DNA of 64,000 bases from Sarea resinae (lineage: Eukaryota). Under the pieces are notes generated by a model, which made no database searches, was not told the origin of the DNA, and saw only the letters and a program-made list of their open reading frames with translations. This document shows, piece by piece, positions 1 through 13,528 of the stretch (position 1 is its first letter; the number at the start of each line of letters is the position of its first letter). The position numbers and the translations under genes are program-made. Location: assembly GCA_026026165.1 (NCBI GenBank), contig JAPEUD010000012.1:124001-188000 (forward strand), in the 5' to 3' direction.

Positions 1-1162
1 GCCTCGGCGTCCTTGGTGAGCTGGTAGAAGCGGGCCTCGGCAGCGGCGCGCGACGCGTAGGCGGCCGAGTCGGCCTCCTTGAGCGAGGCGTACGAGGCGG
101 CGTCGGCGGCCTGGGCGCGGCTCTCGCGCTCGATGATGGACCGCGTGACATCCGTGGCCCGGAGCCGCTCGAGCTCCATCTGGGCCCGCTTGAGCTCGAC
201 GTCGCGGTGCAGCTCGACGTCGCGCTGCTCGGCCTGGCGCCGCGCCGCGATCTTGCCCAGGTCGATCTCCATGTCCAGCTGCGTCTGCGTCTGCACCAGC
301 TGCGCGTCCGCCGTGGCCTTCTCCGACTTGCGCTGCGTCTCCAGCACCGCCGTCTCGGCGTCGATCTTCGACAGCTCTTGCTTGGTGCGCCCTTGCTTGG
401 CCGATTCGCCGATCGCGCCCCGCATCCGCGCTTCCGCCACGTCGATCTTGGCTTGGTTCGAGGCCCCTTCGTGCGCTTTGCGGCTGAGGAAGGCAAAGTA
501 TTCGCTGCCTGGCGTATCTTGGAGTTCTTTGACGTTGGCGTTGTAGCTGTTGAGTTCTTGCATTAGAGGGACTACATGGTAGAGGAAAGGCGTCGAGGAA
601 GATGTGGATGAGATGGGAAGAAACATACATTCTCAGGCCAAACTGCTCGAGTTCGCTCTGCACATTGGTCAGGATCTTCTGCTTGAAGACCTGGCGTTCC
701 TTGAACACCTCCTCCATGCTCATGCCGGAGACCAACACACGCGTCTCGCCCTCGATGATCCCCTTCACGATATCCTGGACATGGTGGCGGCCGGAGTTGG
801 TCGTCGACGGTATCGTGGATGACGAGGAATGATGACTGTCCTGTTGGTCGCCGGCGAGCAACTTGGCGTACTTGGCCAGCGCGGGCAGGTGGTCGTCAGG
901 CCCGATGGTGAAGACAGCCGGGAGCGAGAACTGCAGTTTCTCGATCGTCATGGCTTGCAGGGAGAGGGAAAAGTCAAACGGCGAGATTGAGATCCGCGCG
1001 ACCTGAGTTATCACGGCGTTAGCGGGGCATGTGGGATTTGTGGTGGGGCATGACAACCTTTTGCCATGGCCAGACAAAGGCCTTCTTGACGATCTTGACA
1101 TCGCTGATGCCGGCGCCCGTGACGACGAGATACTCGTTGCTGGCGGCAATAAAGTACCACAT
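1..1162 (-). CDS. Flotillin-like (SPFH/band 7) protein; 3' end runs off the window
   Basis: Spliced translation MWYFIAASNEYLVVTGAGISDVKIVKKAFVWPWQK|VARISISPFDFSLSLQAMTIEKLQFSLPAVFTIGP...YNANVKELQDTPGSEYFAFLSRKAHEGA, then an Ala/Glu coiled coil. Introns about 1003-1057 (weak GTTGTC donor, GCTAAC branch) and 547-628 (GTATGT..CAG). Confidence 0.9.
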
Positions 1163-2378
1163 GTTGATATGGTCTTACGACTCTGAGGGGATAGGTGGTT
1201 TTGAGGAAGAATCTCAGAGACGAGCAGGTGAGCGAGAAGGGGAGACAAAAGTGAGAGTTGAGTCCCTTATAAAATAGTAGAAGTGGTAATCTGATACTCT
1301 GAACAAAAATGGTACACCGGCAAGACACGAGCCTGTTATATAGGCGTCGCCATGAGCAAAGAAATGAATAGATCCTCCTGTTCGACGAAAACACCGCACA
1401 ACATTAAGGCCCCAAAACGGCTTAGTTCATCGCGGCCATTCGCCCTGAGCTTCAATGAAGCCCGTATTTCACTTAGGTTTGGGCTTCTGCCTTGGCCGTA
1501 GGATCGAACTAGAAGATCTCACTCAGATAATAGATGCATCACTGTACGTGACATCGTTCCGTCATCCATCTTGTTGTCCCTCTTGGCTTTGCGCTACCCG
1601 CTCCTCGCGCAGGGCACCCGAGTCAGCCTCGCAGGGTGATGGTCATCCCGTTCGGAGGAGAGCCAGTGGAGATATTCACGCCGTCCAAGCAGGGGTCTTG
1701 CTGGTCGGAAGATATAACATCTCAAACAGCAAGGCTGAGCCCCTCCGGCATTTCATCATCCCCAAGGGGTAAGGCTGAACGGGGCAGTGTCGTCCTGGTC
1801 GTCTCCAACTCGCTTACTCGGAGTCGTGCGGGTTGGGAACGGAATCAAGACACCGCTTCTGGAATCGCAATAGCTGATTCGCCAATTCGCCGTCATTTCT
1901 GCCGGTCTTTCGTACGACTCCTAACCGTCCAGGTATCCCCACACTTCCCGCGTCCCCAGGCAGCAGCAGCCCTACGGCAGTCTGCTGTCTGCTATCAAAA
2001 GCGCTCTCATAGCGGATCCATCCATAGCCTCGATTTGTTGCGGATATCCGGTCACTGCCCCGTCGTCGATGTGCTTGTGCAGTGGTAGTGTAAGGCTGAG
2101 ATAGAATATGATAGCATTCCCCAGTGCCCCGTGATTGATCCTTCTGGAATCATTCCACTTTCGTAATTGACCACGTCTGATGATCGTCGTTGACAGAAGA
2201 TAGGGCCAGAAGCTGTATTCGGCTGACACACTCAGTCTCAAGACACGGCTCGTCTCTGTAGTTGGCAGGAGATTATCAAGATCCTTCCCTGTTTGTTTTC
2301 TGCCAGAAGTCATACATTTACCCCAATAACTCCCAACCAGTCTCACGCACCACCACCCCAAATTGAAACTTACTCAAT

Positions 2379-3188
2379 ATGTCGTCCATATCACTCTCCA
2401 GCACTCTTCAAGAGGGGCGTATCCCAACCTACAAAAAGAGCCAACCCGATGCTGAAGTCACCGACCCCATCCCAGTCAACGAAAAGTCCTCAAACCCATC
2501 AACCGAATCCGGCCAGCGACGCATATGCTCTCCAGACCCGTGCCACCAACCCCTAGCCACAAAACTGCGAAACGTTCGCGGGAGCCGCATCCATGGGCTC
2601 ATGACCATACACATCTCGCCCGCCCTCGAAGACCTGAGTCTGCAAGGGATCCACAAAGCGAGTTTCGTCCTCGTACCCTCGAATGCTTTCCCGGCAAGGA
2701 ACGTTCGAGAAGAGGCCACAGATGCGGATGCGGATGCGGATGCGGATGCGGGCGAGACATCAGATACTGTGGCAGAGACCGCGGAGGAGATCATTGGATA
2801 TCCCGCACAGGAAGCAGGAGGGCTTGTGCGTGTGGTACGCCTCGAAGGTGAGGGTAACACGCTCGAGTTCTGGAGCCAAGGGATTGTGATCCAGGAGCTG
2901 CAACGAGATCTAAATGCGCGATATGATGCCGTCCAGGGTGAAACATCAAAGCCGTCCTTATCGATACGCTCTTCCGCAGGGCATTTCTCGAGAGAAAGAT
3001 CTGCAGGTCGCCCTCTGGGTAGCAGTCAAGCAGATCTTCGGACCCCGAAGGAAAGATCATTGCGCCCAGGTGACGTACGATTCGACGTCCGATTGGACGA
3101 AGTATGCTTCCGATCGGTCTCGGAGCTGGGACTATATGAGTCCCAGTCGGGCCGGGTGATCGTGATTGATGCCGAGATTGGAGGATGA
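2379..3188 (+). CDS. Hypothetical protein, 269 aa; start uncertain
   Basis: Uninterrupted ORF with a globular-looking C-terminus (VRFDVRLDEVCFRSVSELGLYES..VIVID). Contains an in-frame (GATGCG)5 repeat encoding (DA)5 at 2721-2750. Confidence 0.6.
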   Translation: MSSISLSSTLQEGRIPTYKKSQPDAEVTDPIPVNEKSSNPSTESGQRRICSPDPCHQPLATKLRNVRGSRIHGLMTIHISPALEDLSLQGIHKASFVLVPSNAFPARNVREEATDADADADADAGETSDTVAETAEEIIGYPAQEAGGLVRVVRLEGEGNTLEFWSQGIVIQELQRDLNARYDAVQGETSKPSLSIRSSAGHFSRERSAGRPLGSSQADLRTPKERSLRPGDVRFDVRLDEVCFRSVSELGLYESQSGRVIVIDAEIGG

Positions 3189-3557
3189 GCATCGTGTGTA
3201 GGGGCTGCTCACGACATGTTCTCGTTCTCAGCTGTAGATAGCCGTAAATACAGTTCTCATTGTCTATCATGGTCATCTCATGGTGTTGCTCAGCAATCTT
3301 CACACCTGAAGCGTCAAAGTCAAGTACCACGAATCCCCAGTGGGTCGATTGACTTAAAGGATATCTATCGTTTCTAACCTCGTAACAAACATCCATCTCA
3401 TCCATAATCCAATTCGCGCGCGCGCCAAAACCGCAAAGTGCACAGACTCCCAGTGTAAACAGACCCATCCGGCTGATATGACAAAAATAAACCAACAAGA
3501 GAATCAGATATGCACAATGCGAGCAACGAAAGTCTATCCAAAATATGCCGCATGACG

Positions 3558-5805
3558 TTATACCTTATCTATACTCCCATCTGTCGAGCAAGGCCTGGAC
3601 TTTCGTCCATCTATCCTCACAGCCACACCACCAGGCGCATCCGGATCCGCCACTCCAGCGCGAAGTTCAAGCTCGTTCATTTCGTCCTCGGTTGCATTAT
3701 ATCGGGAATAGAGCAACCAGAAAATGCATCCAGCAATGGTGCATGCGATACATAGCCCAATATACATCCACATTAATTTTTTCCCCTGCGATTTATGGTT
3801 AGATTGTGAATGGAAAATAAAAAGAACGAAAGAATGCAAAGTGAATTTACCTTGGCCGTAGGCGAGAGTGCAATGCCTAACGCGGATCCGAAAGCGGACG
3901 TCACGAGAAACATGGACATGACGAACGATTTCATCGATGGCGGAGCCTTGGTGTAAGCATATTCGAGCCCGGTGATGGAAGCGAAGATCTCAGAGATACC
4001 GATGAAGAGATAGGCGGGCGTCTGCACTGCCACGTGAACCTTGTTGGGCAACGTCCCCCCATCTGAGGCAGGGCAGGCCATGACGAGATCGTAGCAGGGC
4101 GGGGCGCTGTAGATTAGGTGTTGGACAATGGCGGCGTAGGCCATGGCGAGAGAGCCGAGGAAGAAGCCGAACGTGATACGAGTCATAGGCTTGAATGGAA
4201 TGCCAATCTTGCGAAGGAAGGGATAGAAGAAGTAGTCGCAGATGGGAATGAAGATGATGATGGTGATCGGGTCAATGTTCTGCATGATATCGTTGGGGAT
4301 GCCATGAAGCTCCATTGTACCCGCTTGAGATGTGAAATTATTCAACCTACGGGGATTTCGTGTTAGCTCAGTAAACAAGAAAGACAAAAGTGAGGCTCAC
4401 ATCTGTGAATAGACTACCCAGTATATCGGGAAGAAGAGAAACACTTTGCACGCAATCAGGGCTCGCTTGATCTCCTCGACGAAAAGATCATCCCAAGGTG
4501 TCTTGAAGCGGCGACCGTATTCTTCCTGATACGAGGGTTTCGCAGCATCCATGTTGAATTTGCTGACTAGGCCTATCCACATGCATCGGAAAGAGTCGAC
4601 TATAACGGAGCCTTGCGGTGGACGATTGATGGTAAATTTCTTGCTGAGGATAAGAACCGCAAACCCGATGAAGAACATCAGCATGGGTAGTAGGTATGCC
4701 GTCCAAAAGCCCACATTCTTCTCCAATTCGGTGGTAGCGATCGAGGAAAGGGATCCAACGTTGATACACATATAAAAGATCATGTATATCCTGTAGATTT
4801 GGTTAGCAGTGCTCTTTGCAAGGAGACCAAGTGAGCTACTATACCTTTGAATTGTAACGGCTGGATCGACAATCACGCGCTCCCCACCCTTCAATGTCTT
4901 GAGGAACATTTTCGTGCCTCGGTACTGCTCCGCAATCAATGGGCTGACGTTGGACTTGATGCCACCAGTGCCTAGTCCGATGATGATCATCGCAGCAATC
5001 AGACCGCCGAGACCGGCTCCATGTTCAATGGCAGATGGCAACGATGTCAAGAACAGGATGAGCAGGCCGACCATGTAGATGATGGAGAATACAACTGATT
5101 TAGTTAGTTTATAAAAGTAAGCTTGATTTTGACGGATACCCCGATCAATGGCGGCCTTACATATCGTTTTGTACTTTCCGAAGAGGCTGTCCGCCACAAT
5201 GGCACCAATGATTGGGGTTACGTAGCACCAAAATTGGAAGAAATCCGTAACTTTAGGGCGTCAGTCACAAGTTTATAAGCAGTGTGGTGATGATTCCTTA
5301 CGTCCTGTGGCGGCACTCTCCCCCATAGCTAGAGCACCGGGTACGCCGTCTGGATATACACCATCCTTCTTGAATGGATGCTGAATGTAGTTTTGAAAGG
5401 GGCCCGACAGTCCGTAATATGTGAATCGTTCGCAGAGTTCGACGGCGGCGACCAAAAATGCGGCCCACGGGAGTTTGTCAGAAACGTGTCGTAGAGAATT
5501 CCTCTCCTCGTCCGTCGGTTCGTCGCCATCCAGTGACGGCGCTATGCTGCTCGAGTAGCCATTTGCCTCGGTGGTTTCAAGCTCTTTCTTCTCGTCGAAG
5601 ACTGGAGGAGCCTCCTTTTCTTCTTCTCGGTATGCGGGTGCCGTGTCGATAGACCCAATATCCGTGCCACCGGCCATGTCTTCCATATCTTCTGTTCTAG
5701 GTTCCACCTCGGTTGCGTGAAGCCTGAAGGTGAGTCAGAGAGATAACTAAAAGCGGAGGCGGTCAATCAAACTTACACCGCAGTGTTCCCTATATGCTCA
5801 GCCAT
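3558..5805 (-). CDS. PTR2: POT/PTR2 family proton-dependent di/tripeptide transporter, about 7 exons
   Basis: Motifs ELCERFTYYG (ExxERFxYYG), GLGTGGIKSNVSPL, FYMCINVGSL, TGLEYAYTKAPPSMKS. ATG at 5805, first intron 5724-5776, last intron about 3786-3850, stop at 3558. Confidence 0.93.
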
Positions 5806-6370
5806 GATGGCGATGAGTGCGGTGATAGGTAATTGAGGGACAGAGAAGGATCCAATAGTATGGGGAATGCGTATGATCACGTATGTGGACAGTCACGGTG
5901 AGGAGGGGGCCCGTCGAGAGATTTAAGGAAGCTCTGCCACAGAACGGGGTGGGCGGCAAATGTCCAGCGGAGTGGCGCGACTAGGTAATGAGACTGTTGT
6001 GTGCTCTGTGCGGTGTGCGGATAGCAAAGGAGGGCCGGCCATGGCAGGGCCCGTGGCAGTCGGTGCCGATGAGTCGGACTGAGTGCGGGCATCTTGGTCG
6101 AGGGCAAGCCATCTAGGGCCATGAGGCCAAGGCGGGTAGTAGTCTGCCATAGTCTCACGCTGAAGTCGACCGGTCCATCTGGATGAGAAATGTCGCCCCA
6201 TTGCAACGGCGGGTGGCATCCAGCGTCGCGATGCGAGTAATACCTTGAGTGCGTTCCAGAAAGACACTGGAACCAGAATTGTGGGGAGAGAAAGGAACAC
6301 CTAAGGTAGGCGACAGCTAAGGTGGGCCCTAGCCGCTGGCTGGAGTGGATGCTTGTCCCTGCCCTGGTGT

Positions 6371-6424
6371 TGTGCATTGAGGGCATTGAGGGCATCCAGG
6401 GCTTCCAGGGCTTCCAGGGCATCA
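6371..6424. repeat. Degenerate 9-bp tandem repeat (GGGCATTGA / GGGCTTCCA)
   Basis: Read directly: gcattgagggcattgagggcatccagggcttccagggcttccagggcatc. Confidence 0.8.
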
Positions 6425-7305
6425 AGACTGACCATTACCATTGCCACTCTAAGGCATCGCTTGACCTCTTCCGAGATTGTAGTCTCAGATATTCCCTGAC
6501 GACCTCTCTGCCTTGGTCTGTCTTCTGATCTCATGAAAGTCTGTTCTGACCATCTGCGACCAAAGGCAGAGAGCAATGGATCATTGATGCGAGAAGAACC
6601 CGACTCGGGCCGAATTACGACTCACCAGGTCAGATGGGAGAGCGAGGACAAAGCAAATGCCCAAGAATCTCATGATCCCATCGAGTTTCTACCGCATTAA
6701 TAATATTGTCCGAGGTTGGAGGCTCTACTGTAGTACGACACGGGGCCACATCCTCTGGCCTCTGGCTGAGGTATGTGCTCTTCTGACTCCTCATCCGGAA
6801 AATCTCTTCTCCTGCTCTACTCCGTACATTGCTGTCTGTCCCCTCGAGGCAGTCCAAGCGAGTCATTTGTTCGCTGTAGGGCACACCCGACCGCACCTTA
6901 GCCTCAGGCACTTCCACTGAATCGTCTGCCCTCACTAAACCTGTCGATGACTAGCATGCCGGCCGTTAGGTAAAGGCGCCATGGTCCTCGTCTGAACTGT
7001 TATGTAATAATGTCTACTTCTCGATCACGCTGCCTTCTAGCAACAAATAGTTCTGGAGGCCGGTCGGCGATGATGCAAGTCACCTCGTGCTCGACTGCGG
7101 AGGGCCATCTAATGAAGGAGTGCATCAACAGATGTCGAGCATGCGACAGACAGACGTGCATGATCGGGAGCGAGCAGAGAGTTTACGAGCTGGATGAGGT
7201 CGTCGTAGGGCTCCGATCCTTGTAGCGATCTCAGCCATAACCGCCGCACGTCCATATTCCTTCTGTCGGACCCTGACTGCTGCAGGGATACAAGAAGAGT
7301 CTAAA

Positions 7306-7307
<2 letters not shown>

Positions 7308-7344
<37 letters not shown>
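7308..7344. repeat. (GAC)n microsatellite
   Basis: About 12 perfect copies, read directly. Confidence 0.95.
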
Positions 7345-7929
7345 CATCTCCAAGCACGGAATAAGCATGCGGGTGCGTGCGCGAGAGAGAGGAAGCGGGA
7401 CGGGAAGAGAGACGGCTAATGTAATGCAATGCGTGGCGTTCAATTCGTCGGAGAAGTCGTCGGAGGTGGCCGAAACGGCAACCTAACGGATCGAGAGACC
7501 TTTCTTACTCGATCGGTATTCTGTGCGAAGTACGAAGTACGAAGTACCTTGGCTTCTCCAGTCGCCCAGAAGGATCGGGACAGAGGTGTATTGACACAGT
7601 ATGAAATCCAGAAGAGAGTGCACGGAGATCTAATGCTATTGCTTCTCGTGCCAGACTCGATTGACCACCGGAAGAACAATGAGGATCAGGATCCCTCATT
7701 GATGGATGGGTTCATGGCTGAGGTACCTGTGGCGGAGTGCCCGAAGAGGCAATCTTCCAGAAAAGTTTAATTTCGAGGTCTCGCTACCGTGACAGTAGTG
7801 ACTGCCCTTTCGGCGCGTCCATCCCCCCCCCCGACATCTTCCGCAGATCTCGTGCTTTTACAGCTACGGAGTCCTCATCGAAGAGGGCGGGAGCCACCAG
7901 CTCACTGATGCCAAATCATCAGAGAGGGC

Positions 7930-7940
7930 TGATGATGATG

Positions 7941-7971
<31 letters not shown>
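7930..7971. repeat. (GAT)n microsatellite
   Basis: About 13 copies with one interruption, read directly. Confidence 0.95.
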
Positions 7972-8958
7972 GCAGCAGGAGGTTGATGCCGAAGCTGAAG
8001 CTGAAGAAGGCTCTTGATGCATCTCCACACGCTTGACACGACACAACCCCCACGATGGTCGCCTGCATGCAACGACGATGGATTTGCCAAATGAATGATC
8101 ATGTGGTGTGTCGCAGCAGTCCAGTACGAATAGCTTACATAGTACTCCACACTTCGGAGATGCGTCTTCATGTTTGCTTCTTCTGCTCCCCCGTCGTGGC
8201 TCGTTACATTCGGTTTGTCGCGGATGCAACTGGAAGCATACGAGCCCGTGTCGATCAAAGGGATCAAGCAGGTCGGCACGGGACCTGCTCTTCGCCGGAG
8301 CATTTCTCATCGACAGTGTGTGCGAACACGGAAGAGACCACAACAGCAACGACACTCAGTCACAACGACATTGCAATGTCGCGACTCATCTTACAGCCTG
8401 GGAGATGGAGACGGAGACGGCGATTGAGATTGAGATTGATGCTGATTGCCGATGATGATTCGAGATCCCGATCGCCAATTGCCATGTTTTCCCCTGTCGC
8501 TTCCCAGTTTTGATGTCTCGTGTCTCGCTTGCCGCCTTGGCTCACATCATACCCTCCCAGCTGTGAGGCGCCTTCCCCGTCAACAGTCAGTGAACTGAAG
8601 TCAACGCCTCTGTTGACCCTTCCTCTTGGTGTTGGTTTCATGTTGATTGCAACAGACGAGCACATCTCTTCTTCACGCGAGATCGCTCTTCTCCTTGATT
8701 CTGCGCTTCTTCTTCCTTCTGACCTGGACGGAAGATCGTGTTTCCAATTCACCGTCGACGACGGATACTGCTTCACGTCACTTGTCGAATCGCATGCCTC
8801 GAGCGACTACGCCACGTCCTCGCTTTCTTTTTAGCGGCAACGTAGCAATCTCCTGAGCCTCTCAGTTTGACATCCAGGACGGTTGTTGTGTCGCGTCTAC
8901 GCATGATACCCTCCACATCATTGATATAGTCTTCGTCACGACTTTCACGATAGCCACG

Positions 8959-10603
8959 ATGATCATGATAAGATGCGCGTTTCTCGTGACGCTCGTACCG
9001 TTGGCATGGGCATCTCCGGCTGCTCGTCCAGCGGCTGATCCTATTGCTGCACCACTTCCCGTCATCACCCCATCCCCGACGGAACAAGAGGCGACCCGCA
9101 CGATCGAGAGAAGAGGCATCAAAAGCGATCTCTCTGGAGATGTCAGCTCGATCCTCGGATCGCTTGGAAGCAATATACCGTCCTATGTCGCGTCGGGTGT
9201 GCCGAACTTTTTCCAGAACTGGCCTTCAGGCTCGGCAGTCCAGAGCTCGCTGGGTTTGAACGATTCGCAGCTGGCGGCATTGCCAACCCAGGTCCTCAAC
9301 TTACCGTACGTCTGACGTGCCAATTCGAGAGTTGTTCGTGCTGACGGATGCAGGCCTTATGCGAATTGGACCGAACAAGGCTGGAACGTGCGCTTCCACG
9401 GCAACGTCTACAAGCAACCAAACATCTCCGAATCCAAGCTGGATGACTTGACGGACACCTTTTTGTTTGGCACTTCGGTTGAGAAGTTGCCCGCATCCAA
9501 TGCCACCCAAGCCCGGAATCTGACATCGCAAATCTTCGTCGTCCAACAGGGCAATGAGACGGTGACGATGCATCTTGAACCTGCGCCGAGTGCCGGGTCC
9601 AGTGGCGAGACAGGGGGTGGAGGAGCAGTCACTCCGAGCGGAGGGACTCAGAACATCACTCTACCTTATGCCACCACTGGAGAAGGAGATTTCGACGTGT
9701 TCGTACCGATCAAGAATACCTCTGGAGCGGGCCTTGCGGCGGGAAATACTACCAACGAGATTCAGCGACTCAACGTCTATCCTGAAGGGGCAGCCGAATC
9801 AGGGAACGCGACGGCATACCTGGTCCCACCGGAAGGGTATACGATTGTCAGTGATATTGACGATATTCTCCGTGTCACCAAGATCTATGAGCCCACCACA
9901 GGCCTCTTGAACTCGTTTGCTCGCCCCTTTGTGCCCTGGATGAACATGCCAGACATCTACGCGAATTGGTCCCGCAGCATTCCGAACTTCCATTTTCACT
10001 ACTTGACGACCACTCCGGAGCAAGCTACGCGGCCTGTAAGTAACGTACCTCGTCGACAGATCATCATACTAATTGTACCAGTACGAAGACTTCATCTACA
10101 AGACGTATCCTGGCGGCTCCTTTGATACTCGACCGCTTAATTTCAGCGACGTCAACGCCACCCTTTCCATCCGCAAATTCCTCCTCAACAAAGTCGTCGA
10201 GACTTTCCCGCAAAGAAAGTTTATCCTCATCGCCGACACCAGCAACAGCGACGTCATGAAGGACTATCCCGCCTTGGCTACCGAATTCTCAAACATCCAG
10301 TGTATTTTCTTAAGGAACACTAGCAGTACCGACTCTGGCGATAGGTTTCCTTACGATACCAGTGGATTCAAGACTCTCAACCAGAAGATGTACATGTTCT
10401 TCAACGTGCCCGACGATCTTACCAATCTGGACATTGTCAATGGAAACTGCTATAATGCGAGCATCAAGCAGAATCTGACTTTCAGTGAGCAAGGACTTCC
10501 ATTGGGCCTTTCCAAGAAGAGCGATGCAGTCCACTTGTACTCCTCTCGAACGGTCCTTGTCACGCTTCTTGCTTTCTTGTTTGTCTTGTTTTCCGCGCTG
10601 TAG
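8959..10603 (+). CDS. App1-like phosphatidate phosphatase domain protein with signal peptide and hydrophobic C-tail
   Basis: N-terminal hydrophobic signal (IRCAFLVTLVPLAWA), HAD-like IVSDIDDILRV, FHYLTTTPEQ, FPQRKFILIADTSNSD. Introns 9306-9353 and 10036-10081 join three ORFs in frame. Start is ATG 8959 or 8965. Confidence 0.8.
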
Positions 10604-11290
10604 ATGGCGATGATTGGTTGAGGTTTCATCGATGCGGTGGCATAAAACTGCATCGGCAAAAACTGCATCGGCAAAATTTGCATTGGCTTGGTAGGCTGGC
10701 TTAGCGTCTGATTATCGTTGCTTGCGTCCAGGATGGCTTGGGGTTGGATTCGCTCTGCATTGTGTGGAAACAGAACCTGAATGAATCACTTGTCCGGGAA
10801 CATGGATGAATTGCTTGTCTGCGAACAGAACATGAATAAAAATCACTGCATACCCGTCCCTGGTTTCCCTACCTCACTGTGATGTTGAATGCAAAGGAAC
10901 GAGTTCATCAACGTGCCAATGCTTTCATCCTCCTACTGCCGCAGTAGGGGCAAGGATGGCCTGTCTTGCCCCATCATTGCCGTCTTTTCTTCTTCTACAA
11001 CCATGCACTTCTATTCTGTGTACGGATATGAATATGAATATGAGCATGAGCATGCTTGAGTTTCCCTACGTCCACTTTCTCATCCTTCCCTTCTCTCCCT
11101 CTTCCCTCCCACGGCCCAAGGACATCCAAATCCAATCCAATCCCATCTCATCCAGTCCAGTCTGTCTACCGATCCATACCGATACGGCGGAGAGTTGATA
11201 AAGATAGGACAGAGAGATGGTAGAGAGATGGTCGAGAGATGATGAAGACACATGGGGTACGGGTAGGTGGATCAGGAAAGTCTAGTCCCT

Positions 11291-11309
11291 GTCTCTCTTT
11301 CTCTTTCTC

Positions 11310-11343
<34 letters not shown>
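11291..11343. repeat. (CT)n-rich microsatellite
   Basis: Read directly. Confidence 0.9.
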
Positions 11344-12081
11344 ACGTTCTCTACCTTTACCTTACCACCAATACCCAATCCATCATACCCGCCACCGACA
11401 TGAAACCATTCCACCCAGAAGAAAATCCATTTCGATCACTCACTAATAGAGCAAGAGAACAGAGATCCGACATCACAACACATTCAGCTGTACACCACCT
11501 ACTATGTAGTAGATCAATCAGAAAAAGAAGAAGGAAGAGGGAAACACCTTGCATGCCATTACAGCTCGCTCGCTTGTTCGATCAATCTCCTCTCCTCTGC
11601 TCTGCTCTGCTTGACACAGGGGGGGGGAAAGGTGGGGGAGAATATAAGGGTGTCTGTCTTGAAGAACTTGAAGAAGCGGCGGCGGCGGCGGCGGCGGCTG
11701 TGTTCTTTCTTGATGATACTTGTAAGGGAAGGAAGGGCTAAGGTAGGTAGGTGGGTGGGTGGGTGCACCGGTGGTCGTGTTTGTGTGTTGGATTTGCGCT
11801 GGCTAGGTAGGCAAGGAACCCGTCGGCATCCAGGCGATTATCTCTGAACCTCTTTGTATTCGCGACCGTAGGGCATTCCCTCAGTAAGATATAAGACATG
11901 AGACTCGGTCGAAAGTAAAAGCGCCGATCGATTTATCATGATGCGTGTCTCTTTTTCCAAGAGGATATGCTAGCTAGAGGGCAAAGAGAGATGAGAAGAA
12001 CAGAAAGCCAGACTCTTCAAGTCAAGATCGCACCCATTGACAGACCTGCTAGCACCAGCAACCCAGCCAAACCAACCGAGC

Positions 12082-13528
12082 CTACGTGAGCAAGACCTTG
12101 GTGCCGCCCGCCGGCAGCGGCGCCCGAAAGAGCACGTACGGCTTGACCCTCCTATCCGTCCCCGGCGCGTACATGGGCGATCTCCAGAGCTGGTTCTCGG
12201 TAAAGTACAACCAGCCTTTTCCGGCGATAGTAGCTATGCTCATGGTATCGGTCCATCCGATGCGGGGGTCGCGCACAAAGACCTCCGTGGTGTCGTTGGA
12301 GGGGAAGAATATGTTGACCGCGTTTTGCTCGAGATCGCCGCCGTAGATGGCGTCGTTGCTATCGGTTTCCAGGCCGTCCGAACAGCCCTTTTGGCCGCGC
12401 GACACGACGGCCGATTGGGCGCGGAGTTCGGACCCGGGCGAGTGGTCCAAGAGGTACGAGGTGGGGATGCTGTAGAGGTAGCGATTCGAGACCGGGGCGA
12501 AGAAGAGCGTGGACCCGTCGGCGGAGAGCGCGATGCCGTCGGCGCCCGTGGTTTCATAGCTGATTTGCTGCGCGCTCGACGTCGAGCTGTACGAGTAGAC
12601 GGTCTCGCCCCATATCGATTTGATGAACTGTGCGGCGGGGTGGACTTGTGGGAGGCCGTCGAGGTGGCGCCACGAGATACCAGTGCCAAGGTCTACGATG
12701 ACGAGGCCGTTACGTCCTTCGTTGCTGGAGTCCGTGATGTAGGCTACGCCTTGGCCGGAGCTGGTGACGTTGGGGCGGAGATCAAATCGTACATCGTTGA
12801 GGTACTGAGAGAAAAATGTTGGTTATGATATAAACGGTTTGGAGCTAGGGGATCTTACGGAGACGGAGTAGGCGACGGTGGGAGGGAACACGATGGTTTG
12901 GAAGACTGAATTATTGGACAGATTCACGCCAATGAGCTTCGGACCTCCATAGGAAGCCGGGACGTTGGTGCCGTCTGGTGTCAGGGCCCGTCCAGTATCG
13001 AGAATCCAGAGTCTACCAGCGTGAGCCGGAGATCATAGTCGATGGATTATACAATGACATACCGGTCTTTTGCATCGATGACAACGCTCTGAACTCCAAT
13101 GAGATAATCGTGATAGTTGGCACCTTTTGCTGGATATGTAGAATAGCTGCTCAACTTAGTCGGGCCAATCGTGATAGATCTTATATACTAACTCAATGGG
13201 TCCTCCTGGAGGGGAATTCATCTCTAGATTAGGATATGGGGACTCGGTTGTGTTGGTGACGAGCTCTGCGACGGTATAGGCAATATTTTTGAAGTCCAGA
13301 GAGCGAGGGTAGTTTGAAAACATGCGGCCAGTTGAAGAGACGGCAATTCCTGATTCTTGTTAGATTGGAATCGATCTGGGATGAAGGCCAAGTACCCGTT
13401 GGAAATTCATCGTAATAGAGATGGACTATCTCTAGCGGAGGGCCTGCAACTCCTGGGTCCGAAGCTATTGATTGAGCCGACGCGATGGCGCAAAGGAGAG
13501 TCACGAAAACTCCAAGAATAATCATCAT
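12082..13528 (-). CDS. Secreted major royal jelly/yellow (MRJP) family beta-propeller protein, 5 exons
   Basis: Signal peptide; PTGIAVSSTGRMFSNYP, IGVQSVVIDAKDRLWILDTG, YLNDVRFD, AYITDSS, GADGIALSADG, SDGLETD. Introns about 13350-13395, 13147-13192, 13013-13062, 12805-12858. Confidence 0.88.

Noticed and set aside
79..832. Plus-strand ORFs of 70-155 aa
   Set aside because: Antisense shadows of the GC-rich flotillin exons.
7864..8513. ORFs with poly-His, poly-Ser or poly-Met
   Set aside because: Artefacts of the (GAT)n microsatellite in the divergent intergenic region.
12037..12828. 263-aa plus-strand ORF
   Set aside because: Antisense to the last MRJP exon; no motif of its own.
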